Shown: piece after piece, positions 59,538 to 64,000 of the stretch
Numbering within the stretch: position 1 is the stretch's first letter
How the letters are laid out: each line of letters begins with the position of its first letter
IMG/VR virus record: IMGVR_UViG_3300044729_001198
Location: 1-64,000 of that record
Direction: 5' to 3' (one strand)
Length of the DNA stretch: 64,000 nt
From: a virus
Translations under genes and position numbers: made by a program
Notes under the pieces: model-generated
Database searches by the model: none
Told to the model about the DNA's origin: nothing
The model's input: the letters and a program-made list of their open reading frames with translations, nothing else

Positions 59538-60467
59538 TTAAGCATTGCCCATATTATGCCCCTTTGGGTGTTTACCAAATTTGGAAATGTAATCTAACAC
59601 AGTCAGTTCTTTCATCTTGGCTTCAATGTCAATATCAAGGTCATGACCATATGTATTGATTTCCGAATAGATGAAGTCAGAGTGTGCTTGTGGTTTAGCA
59701 GTAGGGTCTTCTAACGTCTTTGATTCTGAATAGTGGACAAGTGGTTTGACATCACCCCAAGTAGACATAGCAAGTTCAAGGGCTTCTTGTTCGGTCAGTC
59801 CGCCAGTATTGAATGTATGGTGGTGGTAGTCGAACACAATAGGGATACCAGTACGTTCGTGGATATACATAAGGTCTTTAACTGAATACATACTACCTTT
59901 GTCATCATTCTCAACAGTCAGTCGTGTTTGAACTGATTCTGGTAACAATTCAAAATTCTTACAAAATCTATCCATAGCAGATTGCTTGTCACCATACACA
60001 CCATTACAATGGATGTTAATAAGGTTGTACGGACTACGTTCCAATCCCATAAGGTCAAAGTGTTCACCATGAATAGATAAGTCTTTGATGGTGTTCTTAA
60101 CCACGTTCTCGTTAGGTGATACTAACACATTGAATGGACCAGGATGAGACGTGATACGTTGATTGTACATATTAGCGAGACTACCGGCACCACGAAGTAC
60201 ATTTGAAAACTTGTCAAAGTCTGGCATATCTGATAACTGAAATTCAGTAGCCCATGGTACAAGGTCCGATGTCATACGAAATAGTCCGAACCCATTTTGG
60301 TGATTCCACTTGATAATCTCTACAAGGTCACGAGCGTTTTGGAGTGCTAGATTGGATGACCTACTAATACCTTCCTTGAGAAATGTCTTCTTGACCATAG
60401 AACGATTTGTGGTAATCTTTTGTTTACCAAGGGTCATGTTAATACAGCAATATCCTAATTGTGTCAT
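59538..60467 (-). CDS. uvsE: UV-damage endonuclease
   Basis: LGYCCIN, SHPGPF, VENDD, PIVFDYHHH, VHYSES, AHSD, DIEAKMKE. Confidence 0.95.
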   Translation of the reverse strand: MTQLGYCCINMTLGKQKITTNRSMVKKTFLKEGISRSSNLALQNARDLVEIIKWNHQNGFGLFRMTSDLVPWATEFQLSDMPDFDKFSNVLRGAGSLANMYNQRITSHPGPFNVLVSPNENVVKNTIKDLSIHGEHFDLMGLERSPYNLINIHCNGVYGDKQSAMDRFCKNFELLPESVQTRLTVENDDKGSMYSVKDLMYIHERTGIPIVFDYHHHTFNTGGLTEQEALELAMSTWGDVKPLVHYSESKTLEDPTAKPQAHSDFIYSEINTYGHDLDIDIEAKMKELTVLDYISKFGKHPKGHNMGNA

Positions 60468-60483
60468 ATCTTTTAGTTATATA

Positions 60484-60515
60484 CAAATGTAATAAAAAAA
60501 AAGGACTTATACAAG
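60484..60515 (-). promoter_or_regulatory. Bacteroidetes-type sigma-A promoter overlapping a terminator
   Basis: CTTG-N20-TACATTTG upstream of uvsE. Confidence 0.75.
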
Positions 60516-60523
60516 CCCTTTTT
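60494..60523 (-). terminator. Intrinsic terminator
   Basis: AAAAGGGCTT-GTAT-AAGTCCTTTT followed by a T-run. Confidence 0.75.
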
Positions 60524-60532
60524 CATTTTTAT

Positions 60533-61657
60533 TTAAAGTTTTTCAAATTTAGGTTTTAACGCCTTCCAAATTATCTTATCATAATCCTTACCATCCCACA
60601 TAGCAAACATGATTGATTTTGCAATTGGATGATGGTCTTTGATATGTTCGGCAAATTGTTTTTTAGTTGGTTCTGGGTCAACATCACCATATTTACCAAA
60701 CCTAAAGTAATCGTAGGTTTTACCTAATTGATTCCAGTATTGGTAGTACCCATATTTAAGAGTTGAAACATAAAGCTTTATCTTTGTATAAAACTCATCA
60801 GGAACATCTTTAAGAATGTCATCTATATTACCACCACTTGATACTACTTCCCAAATTGAGGTTGTAGACAAATTGGTCATTATTTTATGTAAACGAACAT
60901 ATTCTTCAAATTTGATTTTCATTCTAAAATTACCTGGGTGGAATCTTAAAACAAAACCCTCTTTGTTAATTTCATTCTTTTCCTTCAATGACTTATAAAG
61001 TTCATCAGAGAAATTAAAGTGTTGTTCAGTTTTAACAATGTCTGATTTTTTAATTCCATTTCCAGCAAAGATAGAACAAGCAGTTGTCCAATGAAGTTCG
61101 ATTTCGTCTGTCGGTTTCCAACCTGTAAATCCTTCGTTTAAAACCACCGATAGAAAAACTACCGTTTCTTTACCATAATCTACTACAATTCGGTTTTCAG
61201 GATAAATGATTTCTACAAGGTAAGCATATTCCCTCATCCAAACATTATCAAAGACCGGATAGTTTCTTTTAAGAATTTCCATACCTCTGATTGCTTGGTC
61301 TGAAGTAAATGAACCACGAGTTGCCATAACCCACTCACCTTCGTAGTTAAATAGGATACCCAACGAACCGTCCATTTTTTCTTGGACATAGACATAATCC
61401 CCTTTAGTAGGAATTTGACTTTCACTCCACTTACCACCCACTAACTCTTCGTAATTAAAGAATTTTTTAAATGGACGTACTATTACTTTACCAGAATCCG
61501 TGTTGGTTATAAGACCTCGACATTGAATGGTTACATCATCCCATAGACTCTCATATTGAACCTTTTCAGTATAGTTCCAAATAGTAAGTGGTAACGTGGG
61601 ATGTGTCTGACTATACAACAACCCATCCGATTCATATTTTTTAAGTACGTCTAACAT
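60533..61657 (-). CDS. T4 Rnl1-like RNA ligase
   Basis: QCRGLI, EKMDGSLG, EGFVLRF, MKIKFEEY. Confidence 0.92.
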   Translation of the reverse strand: MLDVLKKYESDGLLYSQTHPTLPLTIWNYTEKVQYESLWDDVTIQCRGLITNTDSGKVIVRPFKKFFNYEELVGGKWSESQIPTKGDYVYVQEKMDGSLGILFNYEGEWVMATRGSFTSDQAIRGMEILKRNYPVFDNVWMREYAYLVEIIYPENRIVVDYGKETVVFLSVVLNEGFTGWKPTDEIELHWTTACSIFAGNGIKKSDIVKTEQHFNFSDELYKSLKEKNEINKEGFVLRFHPGNFRMKIKFEEYVRLHKIMTNLSTTSIWEVVSSGGNIDDILKDVPDEFYTKIKLYVSTLKYGYYQYWNQLGKTYDYFRFGKYGDVDPEPTKKQFAEHIKDHHPIAKSIMFAMWDGKDYDKIIWKALKPKFEKL

Positions 61658-62067
61658 AACTTCAATTCAAATCGATTTTTCATTTGTTCTAACTTATCGT
61701 CAGGCACACCATGTACGTTTACACCACCATGTCTATTTTCAACTACTAATGAGTAAACTCTATATCCATATTGTTTAGCCAATTCAAAGTATGTTTGCAT
61801 TTCCCATTCTTGGGTAAATGTATTTGATACTACAATTTTTCGATAGAATTGGTCATTAACCAAAGAATCTTTCATATAAGTTTCAACTGTATTTCTACAA
61901 AACTCATGTGCATCTTTTAATTTAGAACCATCAAAGTTGTAGTTACCTTCTTTATCATAAAAATACTTATCAGCTTCACATATTAAGAAATCACTTCCTA
62001 CTATTGAATTTGCTAATGTTGATTTACCACTGCCGGGCAATCCTCTTAATAAAAATAACTCTTTCAT
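61651..62067 (-). CDS. P-loop polynucleotide kinase (AAA_33-like)
   Basis: LRGLPGSGKST, ICEADKYF, VSNTFT, NVHGVP. Confidence 0.88.
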   Translation of the reverse strand: MKELFLLRGLPGSGKSTLANSIVGSDFLICEADKYFYDKEGNYNFDGSKLKDAHEFCRNTVETYMKDSLVNDQFYRKIVVSNTFTQEWEMQTYFELAKQYGYRVYSLVVENRHGGVNVHGVPDDKLEQMKNRFELKLC

Positions 62068-62714
62068 ATTAATCTTTTTTCGTGATGGTCTTTAGGTAAA
62101 CATAATTTTTTAATAGGTCGGTCTTTTAACAAGTCTAAAATTTCAACAAGTTCGATTGGGTATAGTTCGTTACCATCCATACCAACATCCATAGCACGAC
62201 CCTCGGCAATACGATGTTGTGGATACAGGTGACAATGACCATGTAAGTGCATTATACCAGCATTCATGTTATCCCAACTTGCAATTGGATAATGCATACA
62301 CACAAATGAAAACTTATCTACAAATTTACCATTTGGGATTCGTAAGTCAAGATACAAATACTCATGGATTGACTTGAACAACCTCTGAATGTTTTCTTTA
62401 TTTCTACGAATGTGGTGGTCGTGGTTACCAAGAACCAAGTGTATGTTTTTACAAAGAATCCTATTCCTAAACTCTTCAATCTTATCAAACCCACCAAACG
62501 ACCAATCTCCCATGTGAATCAAAACATCGTTTTCACCCACCACCTCGTTGATGTTGTTCACAATAGCATCGTTCATCTCTTCAATAGAATCAAAGTGACG
62601 AGCGGTATCATCAGCATCCTTCCAATTCGTGGTAGCTGAACAAATGTTTGCGTGACTATAATGGGTATCGGATGTGAACCACAATCGTTGACCCTTTTCT
62701 AATACTAATTTCAT
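62064..62714 (-). CDS. Calcineurin-like metallophosphoesterase
   Basis: FTSDTHYSH, GDWS, LGNHD, MHYP, HLHGHCH. Confidence 0.92.
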   Translation of the reverse strand: MKLVLEKGQRLWFTSDTHYSHANICSATTNWKDADDTARHFDSIEEMNDAIVNNINEVVGENDVLIHMGDWSFGGFDKIEEFRNRILCKNIHLVLGNHDHHIRRNKENIQRLFKSIHEYLYLDLRIPNGKFVDKFSFVCMHYPIASWDNMNAGIMHLHGHCHLYPQHRIAEGRAMDVGMDGNELYPIELVEILDLLKDRPIKKLCLPKDHHEKRLI

Positions 62715-62718
62715 AATA

Positions 62719-62750
62719 CAAATGTAAATAAAAAAGGGGACTTAAACAAG
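62719..62750 (-). promoter_or_regulatory. Bacteroidetes-type sigma-A promoter overlapping a terminator
   Basis: CTTG-N20-TACATTTG directly upstream of the phosphoesterase ATG. Confidence 0.75.
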
Positions 62751-62758
62751 CCCCCTTT
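62730..62758 (-). terminator. Intrinsic terminator
   Basis: AAAGGGGGCTT-GTTT-AAGTCCCCTTT followed by a T-run. Confidence 0.8.
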
Positions 62759-62777
62759 GTTAAAAAATTGTTAAGTT

Positions 62778-63128
62778 TTACTTTATCTTAACACGAACGG
62801 ATTCTTTTTTAGAACTTTTAACTTTGGGGATTCTAACAATCAAAATACCATTCTTTAATTCAGCCGTAGTTGATTCGGTATCAAAGCTTGAATTAATCTT
62901 GTACTTACGAGAAAAATGTCTAACTGAATTTTCAGCGTTCATAACCAAGACTCCCTCTTCAATGTTAATTGATACTTCGTCTTTTTCAAAACCGGGAATT
63001 TCAAATTCCATTTTTAATTCTGAATCAGTAACTTCCATGTGGTCATTTCTGATATCATAGTTTGTAGCAGCTGTTGACCACAAACTAAAATCTTTGTCGT
63101 CTAATAGATGTTTTAATAACGATGTCAT
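62778..63128 (-). CDS. Hsp20 small heat-shock protein
   Basis: EIPGFEKDEVSI, RHFSRKY, AELKNGILIVRIPK; start revised to 63128 (AAGGAG SD). Confidence 0.9.
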   Translation of the reverse strand: MTSLLKHLLDDKDFSLWSTAATNYDIRNDHMEVTDSELKMEFEIPGFEKDEVSINIEEGVLVMNAENSVRHFSRKYKINSSFDTESTTAELKNGILIVRIPKVKSSKKESVRVKIK

Positions 63129-63194
63129 AAATTTCTCCTTTTTTTGATATACCATTTACCAATGTCATACCAATCTTAATTTCATGACATATTG

Positions 63195-63530
63195 TCAGTT
63201 AACTGACCTTGCTGGTGTAGTTCCAATCAGGTTATATATGTCAACATTTCCTTTATTCTCACGAAATGTCAGGATTAACCCATCCATCATAAAAGTTCCT
63301 ATGGTCTTTTTTCTTAAAACAGCATCATCACACTTTATAAGAAATGCATTTTCAGTAATAATAACATCTATATCTAACGGATGTGATTGAGGTGAATTGA
63401 AATCAATACCATCAATAGTTTCAGAGTCGTAATTAAAGAACTCATAGATGTATTCTAATTTATCTGTATCTGACATCGACATGAAGAAATCAAACTCTTC
63501 AGCATCCCAAATCCAATCAGAGTCTTCCAT
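63195..63530 (-). CDS. Acidic hypothetical protein
   Basis: Start revised to 63530 (GGGAGG SD, 7-nt spacer); TACTTAT variant motif at 63551. Confidence 0.65.
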   Translation of the reverse strand: MEDSDWIWDAEEFDFFMSMSDTDKLEYIYEFFNYDSETIDGIDFNSPQSHPLDIDVIITENAFLIKCDDAVLRKKTIGTFMMDGLILTFRENKGNVDIYNLIGTTPARSVN

Positions 63531-63559
63531 ATACAACCCTCCCATATTATATAAGTATT

Positions 63560-63913
63560 TTATTTATGGGATTTGTATATGTCATTCAAAAAAAGTAAAC
63601 CCTCTTTAGACATTGCGGTTTCTGATTCTGAAATATAATCCATACAAATTTTTATAAAATTTTTAGAAAATTCATCGGTTACTTTCCAATACACTTCAGT
63701 TAGCTTATCCATCATACGAACCTTATACTCTTCCGATATTGGAGTATCTGATGTTAGATACATTTTAACTTTAGATGATACTATAGTAAAAACGGGGTCT
63801 CGTTTATCTCTTATGATTTCGATGACCCCGCTTGTACCTGTTAACCAATCTTTTAAATCTGAAGATTCAGAATCAGACCCCATGTTCACTATCTTACTAA
63901 TAAGGTCTGCCAT
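63560..63913 (-). CDS. Hypothetical protein
   Basis: 117-aa ORF collinear with neighbours. Confidence 0.6.
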   Translation of the reverse strand: MADLISKIVNMGSDSESSDLKDWLTGTSGVIEIIRDKRDPVFTIVSSKVKMYLTSDTPISEEYKVRMMDKLTEVYWKVTDEFSKNFIKICMDYISESETAMSKEGLLFLNDIYKSHK

Positions 63914-64000
63914 CTTTTTAATTTAAAGTACCAATTCTAAATCTTTTTTGTGAACTTGTCACAGCATCATCCAAGGTGTGAATGATTCTTTCAGCCTCTG

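Noticed and set aside
9564-63390. All plus-strand ORFs and short nested minus-strand ORFs (e.g. 13109..13522, 22207..22677, 31682..32119, 48258..48758)
   Set aside because: They lie antisense to or inside well-supported genes, lack recognisable motifs, and reflect codon bias.
1-64000. Stop-codon reassignment
   Set aside because: Core genes (gp23, gp20, gp17, gp6) are full length in the standard code and genes pack tightly.
1-64000. tRNA/rRNA genes, integrase, transposase, DGR
   Set aside because: Intergenic gaps are short, no cloverleaf or T-loop motif was noticed by eye, and no such ORFs are present; tRNAscan-SE would be needed to exclude tRNAs fully.
63920-64000. Partial minus-strand ORF end (...EAERIIHTLDDAVTSSQKRFRIGTLN*)
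   Set aside because: Too short to assign a function.

Overview
This is a 64-kb segment of a large T4-like (myovirus-type) phage genome, with every real gene on the minus strand. The host is very probably Bacteroidota: four promoters match the Bacteroidetes sigma-A consensus (TTTG-N19/20-TAnnTTTG), and the gene set resembles known bS21-encoding freshwater phages. In + coordinates the window holds: a fibre/adhesin cluster (a >1000-aa Hint-domain + collagen protein running off the left edge, paralogous fibre proteins, a cadherin-repeat protein); phoH; the head module (gp23 capsid, gp22-like scaffold, ribosomal protein bS21, modular 'ESxNE' proteins, gp21 protease, gp20 portal, gp17 terminase); a possible spanin pair; a GT-like gene; two large multi-module proteins; an Mre11-Rad50 fusion, primase and T7-type endonuclease I; baseplate genes (gp6, gp25, gp5-like); a gp55-like sigma factor; HD hydrolase; ClpP; UvsE; an RNA ligase/kinase/phosphoesterase trio; and Hsp20. 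The main finding is a two-tier expression code. Late units are preceded by TATTTAT, and about 22 of their genes carry clear Shine-Dalgarno sites. Genes behind host-type promoters, and the phage bS21 gene itself, have none. Bacteroidetes ribosomes normally keep the anti-SD occluded via bS21, so this suggests the phage bS21 switches host ribosomes to SD-dependent translation of late mRNAs. Other leads are a self-cleaving Hint-collagen fibre and head-protease-processed polyprotein cargo. All assignments come from reading motifs by eye; no searches were run.
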